64,000 nt of DNA from Glycera tridactyla (lineage: Eukaryota). The translations under genes were made by a program, and so were the position numbers. The stretch spans positions 76,384,001-76,448,000 of the forward strand of contig OZ286465.1 of NCBI GenBank assembly GCA_965644265.1, in the 5' to 3' direction. A model generated the notes under the pieces. That model made no database searches. It had not been told where the DNA came from and worked only from the letters and a program-made list of their open reading frames with translations. This document shows positions 20,730-32,100 of this stretch, piece by piece (position 1 is the stretch's first letter; the number at the start of each line of letters is the position of its first letter).

Positions 20730-20797
20730 GACTCTACGGAGTCTCACTGTACTTTTGCTGAAATACATTTTTTTACAAGTTTTACAAGTTTTACAAG
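20730..20797 (+). terminator. LINE 3' end: GACTC-TACG-GAGTC stem-loop, AATACA poly(A)-signal variant, (TTTTACAAG)3 tail
   Basis: Stem-loop at 20730-20743 and 9-mer repeats at 20771, 20780 and 20789. A stem-loop plus short tandem tail is the known 3' structure of L2/CR1-group elements. Confidence 0.75.
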
Positions 20798-21300
20798 ATA
20801 AGCGGGTAGAGGTGTTCTTGCATCTTCTGCTGCTTGACAACTTTCATGGCTCCCATCACGTGTCCAGAGTCTTTGAGAGTGACGTGTACTAGTGACGAAG
20901 TATCGGTATACATATTCGTCCTGTTGATGCATGTCGTTGAATTCTGACAAACCAAACAACAATCTATGCTACATTTGTTGGACATTCCCCTTAAGCATCC
21001 TACACAGTGAGGTTTGGTATACACTGAATATATTGGACACCTCCACGCAGTTATGCTCCTCGTGGAGGCCATCGATTTCCATTGATGCCGTGAGCTGAAT
21101 GTGGGGCAGGTGGCAAATATTGACAAGCGGAAATGTAAATGTTGCGGTTTAATGTGAGATCGCCTTGACGCGTTCATCCCGACCTCACAATTACACCTCC
21201 TCTCGGGCATGTTGAGGTTTGACCTCTAGCAAAGCAAGGAGGAGTATTCAGTTGAACCTGTATGAGAGACCATATTCACAAATAGCACCTGCCTAAAATA
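20797..21300 (-). pseudogene. older antisense LINE APE endonuclease relic (right half of the split target)
   Basis: Minus-strand frames give AICEYGL (cf. ITETWL), RGGVIV, IYSVYTKP (cf. VYRPP), LSEFN (cf. GDFN) and QEHLYPLI (cf. SDHxPI), in order. Confidence 0.6.
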
Positions 21301-22063
21301 CCCTGATCTGTGACCACTCTGGTATCTTCCTCAGTAATTGGTCTCCGTACAAAGGCCACCTTTTGATGCGACCGCGAATGTTATTTATGGACTAGTCCAA
21401 CTGTTAAACCCAAAATACCCATGTTCATAACATAGTCTCCAATGAACATTGATGAGGGAAGTACTCATTCCGATTTCAGTCTCCAAATACATGAGAGATA
21501 TGGATAGGCATGTTGTAAGTGAAGCATAGCGTTATCCTATTGATTCACTTTCCAAAATGGGTGGTTATTCACCATACTTGTCTCTTTTTTAAATATTCCT
21601 GCTGGATACAAGCTGTCAAGCGCCCTCTATGTCATTCACCACCTCGGTCTATGAAAGAATACCAAATCACACCTGGGTAGAGTGAAGTGGTATAGGATGT
21701 AGTTATCAATTGGCTTCCTCCATTCAGTGCTGCCCCCTTTCCCATCCATATATACACACTCACACCAGACTTGCAAGAGGAGACCTTGGTTACAATGCGA
21801 GTCCAGGACCGAATGGCTTAACCTGTTAACCTTGGTCACTTATCAACTGACTATGGTGGAGAGGCGAAGTGGATGCATCTAATTTGCTCCGAGGGAAAAT
21901 AGATGACAAGAGACGGGCCACTTCTTCGTCGGATGTGATCAGACTAAATGCACATCACTTCCTGCTCAACACTTTCCTGGTGCTGATGACAGAAAGTAAT
22001 CTGACACTCAAGGCAATGTGCCTGCTTCTATTTGTCAACTGCCAGTGACTTTAAACCCAGCAT

Positions 22064-22555
22064 ACAGATGCTTCCAGTCACCAATGCTCACAGCAATGAT
22101 GTTACTTTACCTGAGCTGATATCACACCTATTGGTAGTGGGGACACCGTTGAAGGTTGGTACAACCAGCTGACAAGAGCATCGAAAGTATCATATCAAAC
22201 AGACGGTTGGAGGCACTCCGGTTTTCAACTGAGCAGCACTGTTTACAACACTCAGCAGGGATCCTCCTCAGATGGATCACAAGGATCACCACTTCATACC
22301 AGACCTGCACCACTACAGAGGTCTGTATTATCTGCACTTTTCACTGAGCAGGCACTTCTGTGTTGAGGTAACTGAGTGGAACCTCCATGCTTCGACACTC
22401 CACTCCACTAAATGGGTACTTGGCATATAGGCAGTGATGGTGAATGAAGAGTGCTTAGCACATGCATTCAACTCTGTGCCTGTGGTTGTTTACTCCCCAG
22501 GGAGATGAAAAAGACTCGAGTTTGAACAGGCCCACCAAGGGATGTAATTGTGAAG
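22064..22555 (+). pseudogene. decayed DIRS-like (tyrosine-recombinase retrotransposon) RNase H region, copy A
   Basis: TDAS at 22064, then a frameshifted D..VSY.NR.GGT, HFIP and LSR...TEWNLH...AFN...VYSP, resembling the DIRS RH/MT consensus. Homologous to 54700-55070. Confidence 0.55.
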
Positions 22556-24426
22556 TCGAGTGAGCTCGATGACGATACCAGACTCTAAACTACTACATTT
22601 ATATTTTTATGATAACGAAGTAAAGTTTCTTAAAATATTTATATAAGTGAAATTTCTATGACACTGGTGGGTAGATTGTTGGAATTTGTCTTAGTCAAGT
22701 GGGATAAATCGCTCTTGGATGATGTGATAAGGAGATCATCCAAGATGTATTGATTGTATCTTCGGTTTCATGTAGTAGTTGGTCCATGCTTTAATGCATC
22801 TTATCTGTGACATACATATTTACCACTTGGTTATTTCCATACACTTATGCTTTCATAACACAGATAAGTCATGTCTGAGTGTTTTTTCTCGACATACTTG
22901 AATCTACCGATCTGTGTGGTTGGTTTTGGAATCAATAGATACCTATTCATGTTTCAGACGCTGATAGAAAAGTGAGTGAAATGGATAACAACAGAAATTG
23001 AGCTTTTCGTAATATTGTCAATTCAACCTTTACAAGTGATGGCAATAGCTATCTTTTTTTCGACCCACTGCAGGATACTGTGACATATGAGCTTATTTCA
23101 TATGAGTATCATTGAAATTGGTCGATGGAATCACCATATCAGTTCAGCCGATAGGGGAAAGTATTCACTGTGCGCCTTGGCGCCCTTGTTCCATTACAGG
23201 CTAAAATTCACATCTTTGTGCGTGATTAATATCAATGGCATAGGTAGCATTGGGATGATTCAATAGGATCCGAATCACTGTGGTATTGGCGCCAATTGGA
23301 GCCATAGATGGTCCTCAGTATGTTTCACACAGATTCCCATGAGCCCTCACTCGGTACCACTTTGTGTAGTGATTATAATATCTTCGGAACGGGTTCCCGG
23401 GAAACATGAGCTGATAAGATGATGTAAGGAGTGGCTGAAGTAATCACTGTATCCTGATTATTCACGACATGTCCTCTCGTCTATTATGTAGAGCATCCGA
23501 TTGGATTCAGAAATGAGATTCTGTAATATGAATAGCAAAGCTAATGGATCTTTTGTCCCATACTATGGAGAGCACGACCGCCCGTGGTCCCTTATAAGCC
23601 TTGTTGGATCACACATATAATACATGTATGTATATCTTATATACTGTCCTTTGTCGGGAAGCAGTGCCCGTTACACATGTGGGTATCTATGTCCGCCTCC
23701 ATCCATTTACAATTGTCGTTATGCCATATATGGTTTATCTGTGTCGAGAAGGCAGATATTTCTTGACTTGATATATCTTTTTTAGGAACTCCCTTACTAG
23801 AATCCTCAAAATGTTAGAGACTGTACATGTTCGACTGTAAATGCGTTGACGATCATGTATACCATCTGAGAATAAGCATTGTTCTACCACGCCAGAGCGG
23901 ATTACGGTCCTCCTGTGCGGTGATCGCTAGCGGGCGCACCCCCTCTGCTTCGTTAGCAGCCTGCTGATAATTGCCGCTGTATGGAGGGGGTGTGCGTATC
24001 AATTGTAAGATCATGCTCGAGGACTGTGGTAGCGCGACCCCGGTCCTCCTTCCTAGTTATCTGTTTCGCCGACAGAGGCGTTAGTCTGTATGCATGATTA
24101 TTCAGATCGGAGTAGTCTCAATTGAACATATTTTCTCATTTATTCCACTATAAACTCAGTTTGATATGTTTTTAGATTGAAGTGCACTATTTCTTCATTC
24201 TTGATTATATTCTAATTGAGATATATCGTGATATGGCTCCTTGATTTCATTTTTGAGAAGTAATTCATCGCAACCCTATTCTAGTGATATTGGCCCCATT
24301 CAGATATTCAATGTTGCCTATTTTCTGGCCATTTTTTGACAATTTTACAGGGTTTTCAGGCGTAATCATCATTGATCAGTGTTGCTTAGACATTTATCAT
24401 TCATTAATGGTGTGGCAGTACTATGA

Positions 24427-24562
24427 TTAACCCCTCCCGAGCGTACAGGTTCGGCACTACCACGTCCTCCGCCCGCGCTACCGTCCTCGGCCCTGCGGGC
24501 CTCGGACGGTGCTCGTTCGTCGGACGTGGTAGCGCCGACCCTGTACACGCGGTCGTGGTTAA
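24427..24562. mobile_element. TTAA-flanked GC-rich palindromic MITE (piggyBac-like)
   Basis: TTAA at 24427-24430 and 24559-24562. About 64-bp imperfect inverted arms (24423-24486 vs 24504-24566) surround a GGCCC-TGC-GGGCC core. The left end starts CCC. Confidence 0.7.
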
Positions 24563-26149
24563 TCATTAAGTCCACGCCTTGAAAATTGGACACATACAGA
24601 AATAATTGCAGACGTCACTTCATAATGACGTATCATTATTGTGAGCATTGCTCAAATGAAATAGGTGTAGAATTGTCAGATTGTCATTGGTAGAACATTA
24701 GCGTTGTCTCTCAACTGATGGTGTTTTACCCTACCTCCATCTTCAAAACAGCCTCAGCTGACCTGCTCACTCTGAATCGATCACCAACACATCATTGTGT
24801 CACATCAGTCAGTAGCTACTATATGATTTTATTTCGGCGGGAAACGTCGACAGTCATTCTCTCATTGGAAGGATGGTTTGGGAGAGGCCTTTTCCAAAAC
24901 ATCATCACACCTATTAGATAGAAACAGTCACAGCTATGGACCGGCTGATAGCAACAATTTATTTTCCAGCACGGTGGCTATGCATGGAGCTGAGTGAATC
25001 AATATGATCGGTCATATGTGTATTCATGAGTCATTCAGATTTTCTGGCCGATGCTACCTGCGGGCATATTCTTCGATCAGATCAGCGAGCATGTTCATGT
25101 GTTGGTGCGTAAGTGGATGTGTGAGAGGGTATGGTGAGCCATTATTCTCGTAATCCAGCTGCCAGGAAACCAGGCTGAGATAGATTGTATATGTCATATG
25201 ATGGGTGCAGTTACGATAATATTCACATTCTCTTCTCTGTGTGAAACATTACCCCGGAATATTGTTTAAGCAATCACTATCTAAGCCAGATCGATATTGA
25301 CAGGCTAGCTTCACAGACATGAAATCACAGAGAAAAACCAAAATCATATTTTTATATTGTACCTGGGATAAATCAAGACATAGGGTACCGTATTGGAGTT
25401 GGTGAAACAGGCCCAATGACACCAGAGTAACTGACACCACCGCAGCTGTTTTTCGGCATCATCAGCTGGGCAATACACACACCTAGCAACGCATCACAAT
25501 CGGCTATCACCTTGCCTAGCAACGGGTCAACTATTAATCGTGGTGACTGCCAATACAGTAGAGCGAGAGGCAACCTTTCACTATGATGACAGAGGCGTTC
25601 TCGGCTAATATAAATGAAAAACATCAACAGCTGGTACAACTCCAACGACAAACACAGATTCATTTTAAACAACTCCTCCCACTATCATCTATTGCCATCA
25701 TGTCTCATTGGTGTGGATTTATCCAGTGTACTTCGAGTGCCCTTGAGTTCATACTCATTTTTCTGGTTTCTCTGGCTAGTGACTACTTTCTCTGAACACT
25801 CAGGTTTCTTGTCTGAGTGGTGCGAACGAAAAGAGAAACATCCGATCTTACTTCGGAATCGGCTCTTGTATCGATGTACTGGTCCTGTTTGACAAAATTG
25901 AAATGGTGACATTAAATTACTCCTCTTGAAACCTCTGAGGCACAGCGTTATCAGTGATGCCGTTGGTGAATCAACTAATGAGTCGAGGAAAAGCATCTAG
26001 TTGATATTCCGATGTATTCTCACCCCTCAGTCACACTTGTGCTTGGTCATATCGAGTGTGCCATGTCGTGATTGTCAGGGCACTTTGGTAGGGGCTGGCT
26101 CGCATCGCCCGATATTTATCATATTCATTGTCAGGGTCCCATCTTGTCA

Positions 26150-26630
26150 GAGGCAAGTACAGAAAGCAGTGACAAAAACAACGATCCTGAATGATAGCGC
26201 ACAGTCATTGAAGGACGGGTTGATCCCATGATCTGAACATTTTTCTGTGCAAAGTGATCTGAAGTACAGAAAATTGCCATTGCAATAATCGGTCAGGACA
26301 GAAATATAGCTGTGGATGATACTTTCTCTGCTTTGTTCCCACACACACTAGTTAATATTCTCTGGTTTATGCTGCAGATCTTGATGCTTTTTTTTCAGAC
26401 TTGAATGCAGGGACCTTTGATAGGTTCAGCTTAAGGTTCAGGGAAGGAATTCCTTGCATGATTATGAAATGAAATTGCAGTATCTGCAATGCCAGTGAAG
26501 AAGCAGATGGTTTGAGGGAATGTAATGGATACTGAAATATCATGAAGCCTTTCGTCGGCCTAGCTGCAATGGTGGGAAATACCTCAGTTATGGCAAAACA
26601 GATAATGCAATTATTCAATACTGGCACATA
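26150..26630 (-). pseudogene. decayed L2-clade LINE RT C-terminal fragment
   Basis: LKLNLSK, IIHSYISVLTDYCNG (cf. LVHAFVTSRLDYCNS) and DHGINPS...SFRIVVF (cf. DHITPVL...RIxFK). Confidence 0.6.
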
Positions 26631-29600
26631 GAGTAGAACTGCGGGGTATAACTCATCATTGGTCCTGTAAGAATGGACAATACTGCTGCTGTGAACACCG
26701 AATTTTTGTTTATGACAGGAAGGTTAATGCAGCTGTCTGACAATACTGAATTTTAATGATGCAAGAAGGGAAAAGGCGATTGTGAAGAAATGCTGGTCGA
26801 ACCTTGCAGTGGCGGGATTGTATGTCGGTGGTGGTAGGAGGGTTTGTGTACCTGTATACAAATGATTAGTCTTTATGGTAACTGGATGGTTGATGCAAAA
26901 CAATTTTGAACCTTGTGGGAGCGTTGAGACTGCAAGCTAAAGCTAGGCTCTCTGGTCGATGGATGGATGATGACATTGCAGAAGGATACTGCACCTTAGC
27001 AATGCCAGGTGTGATGAAGGGAAATCAAGCATGTGGTATACTGACAGGAAGAAAGGTACAATGGTAGAATATATTGATATAGTGTCTATTATATTTGTTA
27101 ATACAGTAGTTTTTGTACGAGGGTAAAGAGTATACGAGACAACCAATGAGCTCTATCATCTAGATCGTGGTACAGTCATGAGGGGATGCTATACTATGTT
27201 AGCTAAAGGAGGATGGGGAGTCGCATGATAGTAGTAGTGGTTTGATGACGATGGTCCATTGCCAAACCTACTTATCATCGTTAATCCACCAACTGCTCAG
27301 TTATTCTAGACGGTGGGAACAACACCACGTGCTCAGCTGGCTTCTTTCACCAGGATATACAATACCCTTCGACGATGTGAGCACACATTCGCTGCGATGA
27401 TCTTAGTCGTTTCGAAATGGACCTTGGGATCTAGCGACATCTCCAGCCACTACGTCCTAGATATATCTACCAGCTATATCCAGGCAAGCCCTCTATGGCA
27501 AAGCAGTATTTGATATTGCTGAAGGACGGCGTCCCAAGACCGCAAGTACTGAATACAAGCCACAATATAGCAATAACGATCCGTCACTTCACATGCTTAC
27601 TTCATCGGTCTTATTCGATTGTGACACGTGTTGAGGTGGGCATGGGTCTGTTCTGAGATAAAATCGAATATGGACAAAGACACAAATATTTTCCTGAAAA
27701 CAAAGGGTACGTGACAGCTGGTGGATCTCTCGACTTGGTTGAAATTCTCAGCAATGATACCTTTTTTTAGGAGCATTGGTCGAGTGTGGTCAGTAACGCG
27801 CATATGGTGATTTTTGCATTGTTTGTATGGGTATTGATTATTTATTTTCTTATGTGTTGTAGGTAAGTCAATTGTCATGTAACCATCTGGATTCTACTCA
27901 ACTTGTATGAGAAAAGTCAGTAAAGCATTTTCATATCTTCTTTCCTGTGTGCGTGGATAGCTAAGACTGGGTCAGCTAGATAGTGATGATGAGGCGCGGA
28001 AAGAAGGAGCCCATCGGTGAGCACATGCANNNNNNNNNNNNNNNNNNNNNNNNNNNNNNNNNNNNNNNNNNNNNNNNNNNNNNNNNNNNNNNNNNNNNNN
28101 NNNNNNNNNNNNNNNNNNNNNNNNNNNNNNNNNNNNNNNNNNNNNNNNNNNNNNNNNNNNNNNNNNNNNNNNNNNNNNNNNNNNNNNNNNNNNNNNNNNN
28201 NNNNNNNNNNNNNATCACCAATAATACCACGACGGCTACATGATCAAACGAGAGCAGGAGTGGCAAAAGCAGCACCGCATAATCAGCAACAAGACAGCAT
28301 TGAGATAATGGTATTTCCATTTCACAAGTAACACCATGAGATGGGAGAGGAGGTTGCCGTGTGAGCAGGATGATGCTCATGTTGCCGGCGGCCATCTACC
28401 CTAGGGACCTAGTTACAGGGCTCACCGCTGTCTCATCCATCTTTATTGAACGCTCATCAGAAGTGGGTCACGATCGCGATGACAACAAGACATGGCGGGA
28501 TGATGAGTGGGTAGTGACGTCACGAAATGGGGCTGCCCGCGCCAAAGCTCAGCCTCTCTTCCACGCTATCGTCCTATGTGGCCACTACCTGTCAGCCGAC
28601 GAGAGAAGTGCCCCAGGTCCTGCGTGATGGACGATAGGTTGGATATGTCAGGGGACCGGAAACTGCCGAAAGCGACCCATGGGAATATCATCAGTGCTTG
28701 GTCCATCGTGAGCATAGTTCAATTGTGAGAAATCCCTGCGCTGTCAGACTGAGAGCATGCGCCAGTGTCGTGAACACCAATATTCGAGTATGGTGTATCA
28801 TCATCAGCAGCAGCAGCAGCATTCCTCATTATCATTATTATCATCATCATCATTATCGTTTTTTATCATTATCATCATTATTTCCCCCTCTCACGGTTCT
28901 CTGGGATATCGACAAAATGCCAGCAGTGAACTCCCCGTGTCTGTTATCGATGATTGTAAAGATCCTTGTCTGTGAGAAATGATGAATGTAAGATGGGTAT
29001 TGGTGGATGAGAACAAACTAGGCAACGTGGTTATATAAAGTACCAACACTGTTATCATTTATAGACAGCGTAATGTTTATGTTCGAATCGGTATTTGTGC
29101 ACTGTGAACGACCCGATGCTAGAATGGCACAGATCGGTTCAGACGAGTTCTTATCTGTCTCGAATGATGGAAGTCTTTGGGTTTAGTTTCCAACCACTGA
29201 GTGTAGTTCAGCTGAATCGACTTGATGATGGTGTAACCGATTGAAGAAGCGGCTTCGGTCTGTGAATGGAGCTGTACACTCAACTCAGTTCACCTGAGCA
29301 GTTCTATTGAAAATCAAATGAATTAGATTTCAGCTTGGTTATTGCCGATGTGTGACACAACGAATTCGACTGGTGTTGGGAATGAAAATAATAGGATGAA
29401 AATTTTACTACCTCAATGTAACACCGTAGAATTTGTCAAAGTGTTAAAACAATAAGATAAAAGGGTGACCCGCAAAAGTGTTTCATATGTAACTTCCGTT
29501 TCGTTTATATGTATTTGAATGCAATAAGTGATACAGATGACCTGAAATAAGATACGTGTGAAGTTTGGAAGTGAAGACAATGACATGATGGACATGAATG

Positions 29601-29949
29601 AATTGGGCGTGATTTGTTCGTGATATTCAGGAATCATGATGACAATTAGCAGTTAATGATAGTGGCATCAGATATCACATGTCTGCTACAGGGGTATGTA
29701 TATCAGTCCACCTGGATGAGTCACGGTGTTCATCTTCATTCATAGCAGGCCTTGAGTCAATATAGAAGACAGGTGCAAATCAATCCGGTCTACAAAATAT
29801 AGGGCTACTGATGCAGTAAAACCTACTCTAAGCAGTCATACATTGGGAGAAAAACGTTCTGCCTAGTACAGGTAGCCGCTTGAACAGGTTGAGTATGGTG
29901 ATTGTAGCATTATGAGGGAATGATACAACTGGGCTTCAGGTGGTTGTTT

Positions 29950-30330
29950 TTCGTATCGGCCGATCAGGACTGTTCATCCACCACTTCTATCAAAGTATAA
30001 ATACCTAGCATTAGTTACAAGGAGGTAGGTACGGGTGGATAGATGGAGACGGATAGAGGCTGCGAGTGTAAAAAGTCATTATGTAACATTTACCTATGCG
30101 AGGCTGGGATCCCCTTGTTTAAGTGCCCTTCGCATCAAAATGGAGTCGGTTTTCAGATGTCAAAGAATAATTTCAACCTCTGTATTGTCAAGCATGATTA
30201 AGATCTAAGGCAGTTATGTGAAGATCTTTTTTGAATTGTCAGGAACTTTCGTTACACATCATTTCAAGTTTCCATTATCTTCCTTTCATGGATCATGATC
30301 TTGTGGGTTGATACATGTTGTCATGCTCTA
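29950..30330 (-). pseudogene. decayed non-LTR RT core (RTE/L1-like QGDP type)
   Basis: ITALDLNHA* (cf. xxDxxKAFD) followed by KTDSILMRRALKQGDP at 30106-30150. Confidence 0.55.
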
Positions 30331-31544
30331 ACCGAACCACCGATCTAGGTTGCTATCGCGAGAAATACAATCAGCATGACTCCGATATCCTGATGTGTGT
30401 CTAATTTGCATATCGGGAGAGCATGGCGTGCGTATAGTATAGTAAAATAGTCCCTGCTATCATATTCAATCTATCTTTAATTGGCGAGTGCCAGTAAAAG
30501 TTTGCATATTGTGGGAAAATGTAAAGGTCAATATCTCAAGATTTTTTTCAGGAGAACATTTCTGCAAACTGTGAAACAAGCGTTCAGAAACGTATTCGAG
30601 GCTCTTTGCAAGATCTACACAAACCGTATGAGAAAATAGCGGATCATTATCGAATGGGGCATTTCTTTTTCACAACTCTATCTGCGTATGTGGGTCCTAG
30701 AAAAGAAATGTAGAGAGATCCCATCCATGATTTTCCCCCTGGCGTCTCGATATAGATCCTGCACCAGGGATGAGATGATAAAGAATAAAGCAGCAGTTTG
30801 GGCTGTCACACAGGTCTGGCGAATTCCAACACCTGCATATGTATAATACGATCGCCTGTCAGTGCCAGCAGATAAAACTGCACGCACAATTACTCCGCGT
30901 ATTCATCACGCCATCCTTGCATTATTCTCCATACTCTGCCGAACTCACAAAACGTGCTGATCTCGAGTAAACATCAATAGCACAAATATGGGGTGTATCC
31001 GTCAGATTGTCGTCTGGGTGATCTTGTTGTGATGACTGTCTTTGAATTGGGTCATTGCTGATTAGAAAAACGGGGGTGAGACTTTTTTGAATTCGTCAGC
31101 ACATACATCTGTTGATTATATGAGCATATATGATGAGATAAAACACGTCCTTCTCCAATGCTAATATTCTGTATCTGTTTATTCTTTCATCCATTTATTT
31201 ATTCATCTAATCGATTTCATTCATTTTTCGTTTTTCTTTATTTATATATTTTTCTATAATTTCATNNNNNNNNNNNNNNNNNNNNNNNNNNNNNNNNNNN
31301 NNNNNNNNNNNNNNNNNNNNNNNNNNNNNNNNNNNNNNNNNNNNNNNNNNNNNNNNNNNNNNNNNNNNNNNNNNNNNNNNNNNNNNNNNNNNNNNNNNNN
31401 NNNNNNNNNNNNNNNNNNNNNNNNNNNNNNNNNNNNNNNNNNNNNNNNNNNNNNNNNNNNNNNNNNNNNNNNNNNNNNNNNNNNNNNNNNNNNNNNNNNN
31501 NNNNNNNNNNNNNNNNNNNNNNNNNNNNNNNNNNNNNNNNNNNT

Positions 31545-32100
31545 TATTCATTTATCTATTCATCTATGTATTTAATAATCTATATATTTATTCATCTATT
31601 CATTCATTTATATATATTTCTTTTTATTCATTCATTTTTTATATATATTTCTTTTTATTCATTCATTTATTCATCTATTCATTCATCCATTCGATCATTC
31701 ATTTATCCATTTATCTATCCATCCATCCATGTATCCATTTATTTATTCATTTATTCATTCATCTATTCATTCATTATTTATATATTCATTCAATAATCCG
31801 CTTGTTTATTTATTCATTCATCCATGTTTTTTATTCATTCATTTATTGTTCATCCATTTGTTCATTCATTCATTCATTCATTCATTATTTATATATTCAT
31901 TCAATAATCCGCTTGTTTATTTATTCATTCATCCATGTTTTTTATTCATTCATTTATTGTTCATCCATTTGTTCATTCATTCATTCATTCATTCATCCAT
32001 TTATCCATTCATCTATCTATCCAATCATTTATCCATCTATTTATTCATGTACCTATTCATCTAATCATCCATTCATTTATCTATCTTTCTATTTATTTAT
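31545..32100 (+). repeat. (ATTC/ATCC/ATTT)n low-complexity tract with a near-exact 111-bp tandem duplication
   Basis: The unique anchor AATAATCCGCTTGTTTAT occurs at 31792 and 31903. Confidence 0.92.

Larger units (their letters stand above)
11492..20796 (+). mobile_element. full-length 9.3-kb three-ORF non-LTR retrotransposon (CR1/L2/Crack group)
   Basis: 5' GAGATGGCG motif, ORF1, SGNH ORF and intact APE-RT ORF2 all on the + strand, then a 3' stem-loop, a (TTTTACAAG)n tail and a flanking GAT duplication. Confidence 0.88.
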
